Origin: Octopus vulgaris
Taxonomy: Eukaryota
Assembly: GCA_951406725.2 (NCBI GenBank)
Contig: OX597817.1
Location: forward strand, 59,148,001-59,212,000
Length of the DNA: 64,000 nt
Direction: 5' to 3'
This document shows positions 14,631 through 28,574 of the stretch, one piece after another. Within the stretch, counting starts at the first letter, position 1. Each line of letters opens with the position of its first letter. The position numbers and the translations under genes are program-made. Under the pieces are notes generated by a model. The model made no database searches. It saw nothing but the letters and a program-made list of their open reading frames with translations, and was not told where the DNA came from.

Positions 14631-14631
<1 letters not shown>
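14234..14631 (+). mobile_element. non-autonomous Helitron
   Basis: A|TC 5' end, subterminal hairpin CCCG-AGCAACGC-CGGG, CTAG|T 3' end; second copy at 17126-17518. Confidence 0.85.
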
Positions 14632-14693
<62 letters not shown>

Positions 14694-14794
14694 AATGAGG
14701 GTGAAAATTTGATATTAATTTAATAATACCATCAATTTAACACCAAGTGACTTAGCACATAAAAACCAGGGAGACACACTCTCTTATATTTATG

Positions 14795-14826
<32 letters not shown>

Positions 14827-14830
<4 letters not shown>

Positions 14831-15717
14831 ATTACAGGGTCTGTCATGCCCGGAGTCCATCTTTGATAGAAATAAGCATTCTTGACTGCTATTTCTATTT
14901 TTTTCGGTATGCGGTCAAGCAACCTGTTTTGCCTGTCCCTTTTTCTTATATACAATATATATACTGAACTTTACAGAAGTTCCTGCCGGTAATCGGCTAT
15001 ATTTACATACCGAATTCTACCAGTAAATAATTGGGGTTTTTTTAAAAGCCTTTATAGAAATTATTTACTCTTATTATTATATTACTATTTGGATTTTTCA
15101 CTCCCTTTGACAACCTAATTGTTCCCCATCTTATGGAACTATTTTTGTAATGCGCATGGCAAAATTTTGGAGGGAAGATTTATGAATTCAAACGTCTATG
15201 TAGGTTTAGCTTTTGCTCACTTTCTTCAAATATTTTGATGTCGCATGGTCAGAAGGTTTGAGGTACGTAGCATTTGATAAATCTATGATAAATCTTTTTC
15301 AATGGAAAGCTGTGCTGAAGAAGGATGTGAAATATATATGCAATGTATATGAAATATATATCAAAAATATATATGGAATATATATTCAATATGTTTATAA
15401 TCCAGAAACATGATGTTCACAGATAACCGCCAGACTTCGTATTCGTTATCTATTCCTTCTGTTTTGCATATGTGAATTACAGGGTCTGTCATGCCCGGAG
15501 TCCAACTTTGATAGAAATAAGCATTCTTGACTGCTATTTCTATATTTTCGGTATGCGGTCAAGCAACCTGTTTTGCCTGTCCCTTTTTCTTATATACAAT
15601 ATATATACTGAACTTTACAGAAGTTCCTGCCGGTAATCGGCTATATTTACATACCGAATTCTACCAGTAAATAATTGGGGTTTTTTAAAAGCCTTTATAG
15701 AAATTATTTACTCTTAT

Positions 15718-15722
<5 letters not shown>
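14827..15722 (+). repeat. 645-bp unit plus ~250-bp tandem partial copy (hammerhead-bearing element)
   Basis: 14827-15080 is repeated near-identically at 15472-15722; (TA)n flanks. Confidence 0.9.
15310..15422 (+). ncRNA. type I hammerhead motif with long stem II insert
   Basis: CTGTG-CTGAAGA-A-GGAT...ATCC-A-GAAA-CAT g ATG-TT-CACAG; putative GUU cleavage site. Confidence 0.65.
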
Positions 15723-15756
<34 letters not shown>

Positions 15757-15842
15757 TATATACATATACATATATACATATATATAATATATATATATAT
15801 ATCATATATGTGTATGTGTATATATATGTCAGAGACAGTTGT

Positions 15843-15908
<66 letters not shown>

Positions 15909-15914
<6 letters not shown>

Positions 15915-16321
15915 AATTAAGGACTGAACACGAAAAGTGGACAGTCAACATGCTAGATATAGACGTCAAATCGTTTTTGCGTCTAGTCCAGCAAATTGCA
16001 TTTATATCGAGCCATGCTGATGAAGGCTACAGGTATCCTTGCGGATAATAATAGCCGAAACTGATCAGTACATGGATAAGTATTTTATTTCGTATATTTT
16101 CACTTGTTTATTGCTTGGGTTTGTGATGAGTTTGATTTGAGAGCATAATCTTTTGTGGAGAATGACTATTTGACGTCTATATCTAGCATGTTGACTGTCC
16201 ACTTTTCGTGTTCAGTCCTTAATTGGTATATATAAATATTTTAATCTTCGGATTCTTTTTTTAATATGCTAGACCACTGGTTTTAATTGATAAATATTGA
16301 TTTCTACCCTTAATTAATTTT

Positions 16322-16322
<1 letters not shown>
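15909..16322 (+). mobile_element. short Penelope-type/retrozyme-like element with ~62-bp inverted 5' segment
   Basis: 15909-15970 is the perfect reverse complement of 16169-16230; contains an HHR; (TA)n on both sides. Confidence 0.75.
16012..16075 (+). ncRNA. type I hammerhead ribozyme with intact core
   Basis: CCATG-CTGATGA-A-GGCTA[..TATCC ttgc GGATA..]TAGCC-GAAA-CTGATCAG-TA-CATGG; all three stems pair, GUA site. Confidence 0.88.
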
Positions 16323-16369
<47 letters not shown>

Positions 16370-16703
16370 GTATGTATATAAGTTACATTTCGAGGTGATC
16401 AAACGAGTCGACTTTGAGTAAGTGTCATGAGAAACAAGTTCGGCAAATCGATTTCCACAGAATATTAAATACTTTAATAGAAAAAATGTACAAGTGTATG
16501 GATATAAAATAGTCCGACTTCCAGAATATAAATGATATCAGGAGTTAACTGGGTCCAACGGCTGTTTCTGGGGAAGTTGGTGGTCCGGAATAATGATAGT
16601 TAGTTGGATCTATTATCGAATGGCACCGCCTCCGTCTTCAGGGGAGAATTTTACGTTGGAGAATGTTACATTTGAGGTGTTGACAGGATGGAGTTTACAG
16701 ACG

Positions 16704-16783
<80 letters not shown>

Positions 16784-16785
<2 letters not shown>

Positions 16786-17092
16786 AGGCGCAATGGCCTA
16801 GTGGTTAGGGCAGCGGACTCGCGGTCGTAGGATCGCGGTTTCGATTCCCAGACCGGGCGTTATGAGTGTTTATTGAGCGAAAACACCTATAGCTCAACGA
16901 GGCTCCGGCAGGGGGTGGTGGCGATCGCTGCTGTACTCTTTCGCCACAACTTTCTCTCACTCTTTCTTCTGTTGGCCTGCTCGCTTAGCCAGCGGGGTGG
17001 CGTCATTTGAAGGCTAAAACAATGCGAAGCGCATTGTGACCAGCGATGTGTAACAACATCTGATGGCCTGGTCGGTCACAATGATCACGGTG

Positions 17093-17093
<1 letters not shown>
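16784..17093 (+). mobile_element. tRNA-derived SINE family C (possibly tRNA-Arg-like head)
   Basis: A box TGGCCTAGTGG, B box GGTTTCGATTCCC; the head recurs at 43889-43980. Confidence 0.85.
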
Positions 17094-17125
<32 letters not shown>

Positions 17126-17518
17126 TCTTTATATATAAATGTGAGGTTGTGTGCTGTCTGTCTCCTACGATTTAGATTCCTAACTACTCCCACATTTTGC
17201 GGTGCAGTTTAACCAAAACCGGGTATCTTATAGTCGTGATTCATATCGAGCCCTTCTGGGTATTAGCGCGCGTCTACGATGAGCCTACGATTTAAAAAAA
17301 AATTTACCATCAATTTGTCCCATTTTTAATGCATTTTTGGCATATATAAGGGAAGTAACTCTCTAAAAATTTATTATTAAATCTCAACGTAAAAAGCTAC
17401 AGTAACCCCCCCCCTTGTGGTTAGCCATATTGAGATGGCTATTATACTTTACGTCTCTAAAAATGCTTATATAGTTATTTCCCTAACAAACCCGAGCAAC
17501 GCCGGGCGATACTGCTAG
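17126..17518 (+). mobile_element. non-autonomous Helitron (same family as 14234)
   Basis: A|TC...hairpin...CTAG|T. Confidence 0.85.
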
Positions 17519-17555
17519 TATATATATAAATATGTACGTATACATACACACACAC

Positions 17556-17614
<59 letters not shown>

Positions 17615-18014
17615 CATAAACATATATATATGTGTGTATATATACCTATCTGTATATGTTTCTATATACATGTATATATAAATTTAATCTTTTTCTAGTT
17701 TCAGTCATATGACTGCGGCACCTCCTTGAAGGGTTATAATCAAACAAATCGACCCCAGGACTTATTTATAAACTCATATAGAGGCACATGTGCAATGGTG
17801 TATACATGCGTATATATGTGTGTTTCTGTGAATGCATGCATATGCATGTATATATAGATATATGTGTGTGTGTACTTTATTACTAAAGGGGCAAAAACAT
17901 TCACAAAAATATTTTTGTGATATTTTTGCAGTTTAATTAATAATGTATATTACTCTACCTGCGGTATTCGAGTACTATTTTTCCCATTTTGTTTCACGTT
18001 TTTGTGCTTACTCT

Positions 18015-18077
<63 letters not shown>

Positions 18078-18309
18078 ATATATATGTACATGTATATCTA
18101 TCTATATATATATATATATATATATGTATATTTATGTATATGTATATATGTATATGTATATATATACATATATATATATATACATATATATGCCCTCACA
18201 CATCTATAAGTATATGTTGTTCAAGCATAATGTACACTCGTCTGTGTGTATATATTTAAATATATATGTGTGTGCGTGTGTGTGCGTGTATATTTATGTA
18301 CTAGATACG

Positions 18310-18817
<508 letters not shown>

Positions 18818-19247
18818 TTTATATATCCACGGATCCTAAACACGTACACATACACACCATGTATTGTTAGTGATTATTGAAGGAGTGTGTTTTGTGTTTC
18901 GGGGAAATAAACTCCACTCTGTCGACGTGTTCCTATCACAGTTGACTTTTTCAAACAATGAATCATTACAAAGCTATGTTAATATTTCGCCCATCAACTT
19001 TACTGCATTCTATATTTCTGATTATATGTAAACGAGTGGTGAGTGTGTGTTTGTGTGTGTGTGCGTTATGTCTGCATATGTATGAGGTGGGGGAGCGTGT
19101 GAATTTATATGTATGTCGTGTGTGTATGCACAGTGTGTGTGTGTGTTTGTGTGTGTGTAGTATGTTTTCTTATTTTTAGCTCTGATATTCCCTGAGAGTT
19201 TATGTGCACTTACTTATATACATTATATATATATATATTTATATATA

Positions 19248-19278
<31 letters not shown>

Positions 19279-19396
19279 AAATATAATGTATACATATATG
19301 CATATATATATATGTATATATGTATGTATAAATATAATGTATACATATATGCATATATATATATGTATATATGTATGTATATATATATATACATTT

Positions 19397-19452
<56 letters not shown>

Positions 19453-19577
19453 GTATACATTATATTTATACATACATACATATATATACATATATATATA
19501 CATATATATATGTATATATAATATATATATACATATATATATATATACATATATATATACACTATATTTATACATAC

Positions 19578-19655
<78 letters not shown>

Positions 19656-19706
19656 TTTCGTAAACTTTCCTTTATAATTATATATATGTATGTATGTATA
19701 AATATA

Positions 19707-19744
<38 letters not shown>

Positions 19745-19911
19745 AAATATAATATATATATGTATGTATAAATATAATGTATACTCACACATTATATATA
19801 TACATCATATATATATATATGATATATATATATATATGTGTGTGTGTGTATGTATATATATATATATGTATATATATATATACATACATACATACATATA
19901 TATATATATGT

Positions 19912-19944
<33 letters not shown>

Positions 19945-19949
19945 GTATG

Positions 19950-20016
<67 letters not shown>

Positions 20017-20119
20017 GTGTGTATATATGATGTACATATATCGTTATGTATGGATGGATAGATAGACAGACAAAAAAGATAGATAGATGTCAATATACAT
20101 ACACACATATGTGAATATG

Positions 20120-20153
<34 letters not shown>

Positions 20154-20689
20154 TGTATGTATGTATGAATGTATGTATGCATGTATGTGTGTATGTATGT
20201 ATGTATGTATGTATGTATGAATGTATGTATGAATGTATGTATATATGTATGTATGTATGAATGTATGTATGTATGTATGTATGTATGCATGTATGTATGT
20301 ATGTATGTATTTATGTATGTTTGTATGTATGTATGTGAGTATTACCTTTTTGGTAATTGTCTTTCTGCGGGACTTTGTATGGAAACAGACAAAATTATTT
20401 CATAAAAGGATCATCCTTCTACAAAACTGGAGAAACGCAAAATTTGTTACTTTCACTTTTTGTCGATTCTTTAATCTTCGATGCATTTGGAAGTCCTAGA
20501 AACTTTCGTCGCATTTCGACGAATTCTACATAATTCCACGTTCCGTATAATCATATATATTGCTTTTTGTATGTGCAGAGAGGGACTTTGGGGACTGTAC
20601 GTGTGTGTGTAGATGTGTAGGGGGTAGTGTTCGTGTGTGAATGTTGGGTGGGATTCTGAGGCTTGAGGCCCCTGTAGCGTAAGGGACTG

Positions 20690-21000
20690 CAATGATGGAA
20701 AATAAGGGACCTACAAATTCAAAAGACGCTGATTGGCCAGAGAGTTTAGTGGACTGAATATCACAGACCAGAAAAAAAGAAACAAGACGATGGAAGGGAG
20801 TTCCAGAGAGCAGCAGTTTGAAGAAAGAAGTTGTTAGAATAAAAGGACCTATGCCTCTCAGGAAGCTGAACAGAGAAACGATGTGCCTGGAATGAGAAGA
20901 GAGTAACATGCTTAAAGGCCTTGACAGGGGGCAGTAGACTAGACATTTCGCAGGACAATGATCCTGGAAATACTTATTGGAAAGACCCCACGAAGATACA
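20690..21000 (-). mobile_element. CR1/L2-group LINE ORF2 3' fragment
   Basis: HRFSVQLP...YSNNFFLQTAALWNSLP C-terminal motif, frameshifted. Confidence 0.7.
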
Positions 21001-22408
21001 TTTCGATGATGAGCCAAGGACCTAGTAGAAAGAAGAGAACTCGTCGTTTTAAAAATTCGATTCTGAATTTGATGAAGCTAGTTAAGAGACTCAAAGAAAA
21101 TTTGTTGAAGGCACACTGTGAAGTCTATCGGCATCGATCAAGCTATTATACAGCATGAAGGTCTGTAATTTCAACAGCTTCAATAGCGACAATAATAAGA
21201 AAACATCTACAAGGACAACTACAAGAAAAATAACAGCAAAAATAGAAGTATCAGCAGCAGCAGTAATTACAGTATGATAATTATATCCAGCGTTTCCCTC
21301 ATTAACATAAAGAAATATTTTCGAGTAATTATTGTTATATATAACAAAATAAATGTTAGAAATTAAATAGAAGAAAGGAGTGAATATTTGAGCAGGTGAT
21401 CTGAAAGTGGGATAAAGGACAAAATAGGGGAGAGAAGGAGAGAAGAGGATGAAGGAGAAGGCCCAGAATTAAGTAGAAAAGGGGGAACTAAAAAGAAAAG
21501 GGATGTAGAGAGAGGGGGAGAGAGACAGCAGGAGCATTGTTATAAACATAAAACCAGGAAGAAGAGGGAACATAGTTAATATCTAGGTATATAATTAAGC
21601 TATAATTAGTAACACGAGTGACGTAATATAGGAGACTAGTAAGGGAAGGGGGATAACCGACTTATACACTCCGTCCTTCCTCCTCCTCCTCTTGCCTCCA
21701 CCATCATATTTACTGCCAAAAGGTCTAAAGCAAGGTTAATCCGCTAATTAGTCTGTTATTTATAGAGGCAAAATCATCATGACAACTGGTAATTAAATTA
21801 TTAGATCCTAAAATATTTAGAGAAAGAGCGTTTATGAAAGATTCATAAACAAAGCGAAATATACAAAAACAGAAGAATAAGGGACAATTAACGGAGCTGA
21901 AACTATTGTAAAGGAGTGTCATTGTTTAGAGAAAAACACCACACAGGACCTTTATCAGTTTCAAAATAAGTTTAATGTACTATTGTTGAAAAAGTTTAGG
22001 AGAGTGAAGTAGGGGATTGAAGTCATAGAATGTAGAAGGGTCCCCCACCCCTCGGAGTTATTACTATCAGCCATTTGTTCATACTCACTAACAGCCTTAC
22101 TAGAGTCCTTCTTTTCTTTCTATCAAGCTATCTCTGTCTATATTTATCTATCTATGTACATATCTATCTATCTATCTATCTATCTATCTAACCACCAGCT
22201 GTCTGCCCATCTCTATCAATCCGTTTATCTGTCTACCTATACACACATTCATACACATATGTATGTATGCATTTATGTATATATATATATATAATATATA
22301 TATATATATGTATGTATGCATATATATGTATATATATATATGTATATATGTATATGTATATATGTATATATACGTGTATATATATGTATATATACGTATA
22401 TATATATT

Positions 22409-22444
<36 letters not shown>

Positions 22445-22687
22445 AGATAAGAAAATGGAGAAATACATCTAAATCAAATATCAATTACCAGATAATACTC
22501 AATCACATACTTTATTAAACCACCACATAAGAGACTGTAGGGTTAAACATAAAAAAGCAGAACAAATCAGTGTACATAAAGGAATGTACATAAAAAAGTG
22601 TACATAAAAGAGTAATGTTGTATAATAAGTAGAATATATATAAAAAAGAGAATATGAATATAAGTAAATATAAATATAAGTATAGAT

Positions 22688-22820
22688 TACATCTTACAGC
22701 TGTTTCGGCCATGTAGATAAGTATGTCTTATTTTACCAATATTAGCCTTTTATGGTAGGTCAATATATAGATATAAATGAGACATTTACAAAAATATCAT
22801 AAGGCCTCTTCGGAGATATA
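22688..22820 (-). ncRNA. type I hammerhead motif (CCGAAGA core, long stem II)
   Basis: Reverse complement reads TATATCT-CCGAAGA-GGCC...GGCC-GAAA-CAGCTG-TA-AGATGTA. Confidence 0.7.
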
Positions 22821-23969
22821 CATATACATATGAGTGCATATACTCACACTCCTATACATATAAAAATATACATATACATAATAATGTAAATAAATAATAT
22901 AAATTAGTAAACATATATGTGTTCCACATTCAATGTTTCAGTTTTTCAACTTAATATTGTGATAATAAACATACACATATTAGTACCTAGATGCAAATAT
23001 ACATAGTCAATAGTACATTATATTACTTCCTACTAATTTCCAAAGTGTCATTAAAGTTAGCATCATTATCGTTGTCAATATCATTAATGCTACCATTATT
23101 ATCATTCATAATATTATTAATAACGCTTACATGAGGATCCAAAGTGGCACATATGTATGTCCGGGTTCCAGTTAGTAATTTTCCTTATGACATAAATACA
23201 CTATTGGATTTGAATTTAAATTATCATTGTCTTCCTCATGGTTGGTCCGTTGAGAGCCGCCCGACCTCCACCACACCGCACAAGAAAAACATACACATCC
23301 ACATCCAACCCTAAACCCACACATCCACATAAAAACCCACACACACATGCACACACATATGAATACACCCCGACACATCCCTACACATTCACTAGATTGC
23401 AGAGTGTATGTCTGTCATCGCATGGCTTGTAGACAAATCAGTACAGGCAGCAGTGTCTATACACTAACACACACACTCACACGCACATCCGCATATACTC
23501 ATAAATATTAATACACTCTCATATACTGTATCAGGGAACATTCGCACACACATATATACATATTTAAATATATGTCTGCGCACTCATACGTACAAATAAA
23601 ACCTATACTTATATCCACCCATGAATAAATATTTGCATATACATATATACATATCCAAATACGCACCTGCGTACTCATATGTATAAGAAAAACATACATC
23701 CGTACATCCACCCACGAACATATATATACGTACAAAAACATACATACGTACACATACACATTTTCACACACCTCGACACCTCAACCCAAATCCACTAAAT
23801 CATAAATTAAAGTATATGTCTGCCCATCCAAAGACGTATATATACATACACAAAAAGTAAACAGAAGTTACTATTAACTTAGACATAAGTTCATTAATTA
23901 TAAATTAAATTAAATTAATTATAAGTTAGTAAGTGCCAAATAAACAAAAATAAATAATTAAATAAATAA

Positions 23970-24022
<53 letters not shown>

Positions 24023-24708
24023 CATGTATAGATAAATAGATAAATAAAATGGAATACAAATTAAGAAGAGCACAAAGATAAACCTAATAAAGTAAATAAG
24101 AGTGGATACGCCGAAATGCACCCACATGCACATACATGTGCATGCACGCCCCCGCACGGACACGCGAATTCATGGCTGGGCCCACACGCACACACGATCA
24201 CCGAGATGCACACCAGAACACGCGTACAAGTACACGCGAATGTCCGCAAGCGCAGCGCGCGAGAGTGCACACGTTGATGCACATGCGCGGACGCGCTCGC
24301 GCCGGCACACAAACTCCGGTGCAGCGCCACCCGAGCCCACGCTTGTGCAGCAGAAATACAACCCCCAACAAACCAACCGTAAAAAAACCTTATATGCTCA
24401 TCGGGATAAACAACATACTAATTATAGACTCTCACATATTACATATTGGTATAGCAAAAATTCAAACTAGTGCCCGAAAATATGATGCGCTTATACACCC
24501 TACACAGATAAAAGACTCTGTGGGCTACCGAATATCATGCATATATCAGAATAACTATATATTTTTGTATATTTTTCAGTCGGGACAGAAATAATCAATA
24601 TAGAGCATATATATGGAGACACAAAGTTATAAATTATAAATTGTAAGGACCAATAGTACAGTCCTATATAGAGGAATGCTAAAAGATTACTGGTAGAAGA
24701 ATTAGATG

Positions 24709-25032
24709 TTATTTAAATCTAGAGAAAGTGTATGCCAATTTGTGAAGGCAAAAAAAATTTCGTTCATTAATGCTGTTAATAATGGGTTCGCCGGCTTTGA
24801 TGATGAAGAAAATTTCATTGATACATAAAGAGCATTTTTTATTTCTACTATTGTATACAGGTGCAGATGTTAGTATTTCCCAATCTAATTTAAAATCTAT
24901 GTTTTTACTCTTGAGTTCCCAGATATACGTACTTAACCCCGTAGAGTTCATCCTATTTTTATTTTTAAAAGTATATCTATGATAGTTTAGCTGTTGTTTT
25001 ATACTATTTTAGTCGCACCAATGTACACCCTG
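24709..25032 (-). pseudogene. Penelope-like element GIY-YIG endonuclease C-terminal fragment
   Basis: RVYIGATK (frameshift) ...STGLSTYIWELK...LDWEIL...KKCSLCINE...CLHK is typical of Neptune-type PLE GIY-YIG domains. Confidence 0.8.
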
Positions 25033-25039
25033 CTAATAA

Positions 25040-25813
25040 GCTTAGATATGTTTCGACCAAAGATTGGTCCAGGCCATGTCTAACTTAATAGCACCACCTG
25101 ATAGGATTATTTGAATCCTGTTTAAGTCAAGTTTTGTTTATGGTCCATTCAAGTCGTCAGTTTTTGTTGGGTGAGTTGTATCCAATTATGGGTGGCTTAT
25201 CTGGTATTCCTTGAAGGAATCTATCCAGACTCCGTTTAAAGTTGATGGGATCCTTTTCCTCTTTGATCCCTTTCGGGACAATGTTAAATAGGGCAGGGCC
25301 TGTTGAGGAAAAGAAATTATGTTGCAGTGTACATGTATGCTGTGATCTGGAATTGGACAGGGGACGTATGGCCCGTGGTCCCAGTCTTGGATGAACCTTG
25401 AAGCTAATGTTCAGGTCGTTTGGGCAAAGTTGGCGGTATATTCTCCACATCGTACAAATGATGTACCGCTCACGGCGACGCTGGAGAGAGTAGAGTTTCA
25501 AGGCTTTAAGGCGATCCCAATAATCGAGAGCAGCCATGCCTTCAATTCGTTTAGTGAGTGCCCTCTGGGGTGATTCAATCCTCGAGATGTTTTGTCTTGT
25601 ATGGGGAGACCACAGTGGGTAGCAGTATTCGAGGTGTGGCCGTACAAAGGAGGAGAAAAGTGGTATGATGACACCTTGTTCTCTGGACCGGAAAGTTCTT
25701 AAGATTCAGGAACTCATCCTACGAGCTATATCGACCTTCTTGTTGATGTGTGCACTCCAATTGAGATCGTCATCAACAATTACACCCAGGTCTCTGATAT
25801 TGTTAGAGGCTGT
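25040..25813 (-). mobile_element. 5'-truncated CR1-clade LINE
   Basis: IRDLGVIVDDDLNWSAHI...VRPHLEYCYPLWSP...YWDRLKALKLYSLQRRRERY...FKRSLDRFL, with one in-frame stop; structured 3' end. Confidence 0.9.
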
Positions 25814-25830
25814 ATATATGAATATATATT

Positions 25831-25904
<74 letters not shown>

Positions 25905-26846
25905 AAAAGGGATCTAGTTGGTTTGGTTGCCAGCATTTCAAAAATTTAAGTTTATCGAAAATTTTAAAATTTGCTACAATACCATACTTCTCCAAGCTGA
26001 ATTGCTGGAGTTATTTCACTTTTTCCAGAAAAATGTTTTTAAAAAGTTATACAGGTTTAAAGTTTGATCATTTCCACCCAGACAGGAAACAGGATTTGAT
26101 TTTGTGCGTGACTGCACATTTTGTCGTCAGTATCCTAAAAATAGCATGTTTTATCAATATTTGTAAACAACACATGTTTTGTAAGTTTGAAGCATTTCAT
26201 TTGCATTTAATGCGATAGCACAAACTTAAAAGATTTATCCAAAAGACGTTATTTAGCTGTTACTTTTAGCACACCTCACAACCACCTCAATTACAAAAAG
26301 AAACGAATAAACAAGTAGTTTTGAGCATTCCATTTGCGCTTAATGCAAATGCGACGAACAACACTTTACAAATTAAATATTAAAAAAAAAAATATTTTGT
26401 TGACCAGTTCATAAATTCACTTACTCAGTTGTCAACAGATAGACAAAAGTTGTTTCAATGTATTTCTTTCTCGCAGACAAAAGACTTCCATGTTCCGCTC
26501 GTTACTATGGAAACAGGTATGAATGTGTTTGTGGCTTACAATTGGTTAAAATTACCAAAATTCTCAGACGTTAATTATATCCCCCTCTCTTTCTCTCTAA
26601 TACCTTGAACTATATTTAAAGAAGACATCAACGGAAAAATACTCCAAACATGTTTTTGACTCCCAGGCAGAAGACAAACTGTTTTCACTTCGTATTTTTA
26701 TAAATTGTTACTAATTTTAAATAAGATGATATTCATCGTCGAAATCGATAATATTCTATATTTTATTTACATAATTTTAAAATCATTTTATTAAATTCTT
26801 TCTAAATTGATATGTCTTAGATTTACTTCTGTGCTATTTCCACCTC

Positions 26847-26888
<42 letters not shown>

Positions 26889-26957
26889 GCCATGATAGAT
26901 CGCCAGCCACTAAACCTGCTTTTTTTTAATTTTCTCTCTCTGTTTATTTCTGTGTTC

Positions 26958-26993
26958 CTTTCTGTCGAAGAGCGTAGGCTCGAAACGTAAAAG
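26958..26993 (+). ncRNA. minimal hammerhead-like motif (CTGTCGA core)
   Basis: CTTT-CTGTCGA-A-GAGC gtag GCTC-GAAA-CG-TA-AAAG, inside a ~200-bp element in (TA)n. Confidence 0.6.
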
Positions 26994-27272
26994 ACTTTCT
27001 CATTTCCCGAACGTTAAACTAATACATCTGTTTGTTGTACACACCCGTCTTCGGCTTTTGCTTTTTTGTAAATTCTCACTATATATCTATATTTATATGT
27101 GTGTATATATATATATATAATGTGTTTGGTCATATATATATTTAACGATATCCAGATTCGCCTTCCTATATGTGTTAAATAATTCCTTATACATAAAACT
27201 TTATAAAACACACTGGGGGTGCAATGTAAAGCTTCCTACACAAGCACACACATATACATATGTTTAGCTAGT

Positions 27273-27360
<88 letters not shown>

Positions 27361-27719
27361 GTGATCACTCTTGATCTCGCTGAGTAGAAAATAATTTCAA
27401 TAAAGCCCATAGTAATGCCGTTTACTTTCACCTCTTGGCTTTCAAGGTCAAATCCACACCAACCTACCTTGTCTCTATTTTTCAACAATTTTGATCAACA
27501 GACCCTTTTCTATCCTTGATAGGTTTTAAACAATCCAACTCGCCTGGCTGACCTTTTGTCTACTACAAATTCTTTGAAATAAATCAGTAAATTGAAGGCT
27601 TTCGACTTCCTGCGTAATATATGGAAAGGGAAAAAGAAAGAAAATTCTCCATGGACTTCACTGATTCTATTCTTGTGACTCAAAAGGATGATTATCTGGT
27701 TTCTGTGGCATATAAGTGA

Positions 27720-28240
27720 CCAAAGTCATAACATTCCTGCTCGTCTGTGGCAGACCTACTCATCTACGGCTGAGTGTGCCGGAACAAATGATTTTGCTCA
27801 AGAACATAACGCATCAGCCAGGCCGGGAATCGAAACCGCAATCTTTCGAGCGATACACTAACCATCAGGCCACGTGCCTTCAGCGTGATCAGATCGTCTT
27901 AATTAAAAGATACGTTAGATAAAGTAGTCTTACTGGCAGTCCGTCGGTTACAACGACGAGGGTTCCAGTTGGTCTGGTCGACGGAACTGCCTGCTCAGGA
28001 AATTAACACGCAAGTGGCTGAGTACTCCTCAGTCACACGTACCCTAAACATAGTTCTGCGTGTCACAGAATGTAACAAGGCTAGCCCTTTAAATAACGGG
28101 TACAACTCATTTTTGACAGCAGGGAGGATTGGAGCAACGTAAAATAAAGTTTCTTACCCAAGAACACAAAACAGAACAGGGAATCGAACTCATGGTCTTA
28201 CGACCGTAAGCCGAACTTTCTAACTAAGCCACGCGCTTTC
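27720..28240 (-). mobile_element. two adjacent family C SINE copies
   Basis: Two GGAATCGAA B-box reverse complements with central domains. Confidence 0.65.
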
Positions 28241-28344
28241 ATTAGCTCTACACACACCTAATAAATAAGCGACGAGATGGTTACGGCTGGTGGGGGGATG
28301 ACTCCACATCTAATCGATTTGGTGGGCCTAAACAACAATAACAA

Positions 28345-28574
28345 GGCGGCGAGCTGGCAGAGACGTTAGCACGACGGGCGAAATGCGAAGCCGTATTTCG
28401 TCTGCCGTTACGTTCTGAGTTCAAATTCCGCCGAGGTCGACTTTGCCTTTCATCCTTACGGGGTCGATAAATTAAGTACCAGTTACGCACTGGGGTCGAT
28501 GTAATCGACTTAATCCGTTTGTCTGTCCTTGTTTGTCCCCTCTGTGTTTAGCCCCTTGTGGGTAGTAAAGAAAT
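28345..28574 (+). mobile_element. family A SINE, full length
   Basis: A-box-like TGGCAGAGACGTTAG and B box GAGTTCAAATTCC. Confidence 0.9.

Noticed and set aside
16784-16860. tRNA gene candidates (also 43889, 44110, 28345)
   Set aside because: They are tRNA-like SINE heads continuing into SINE bodies, without a proper acceptor stem
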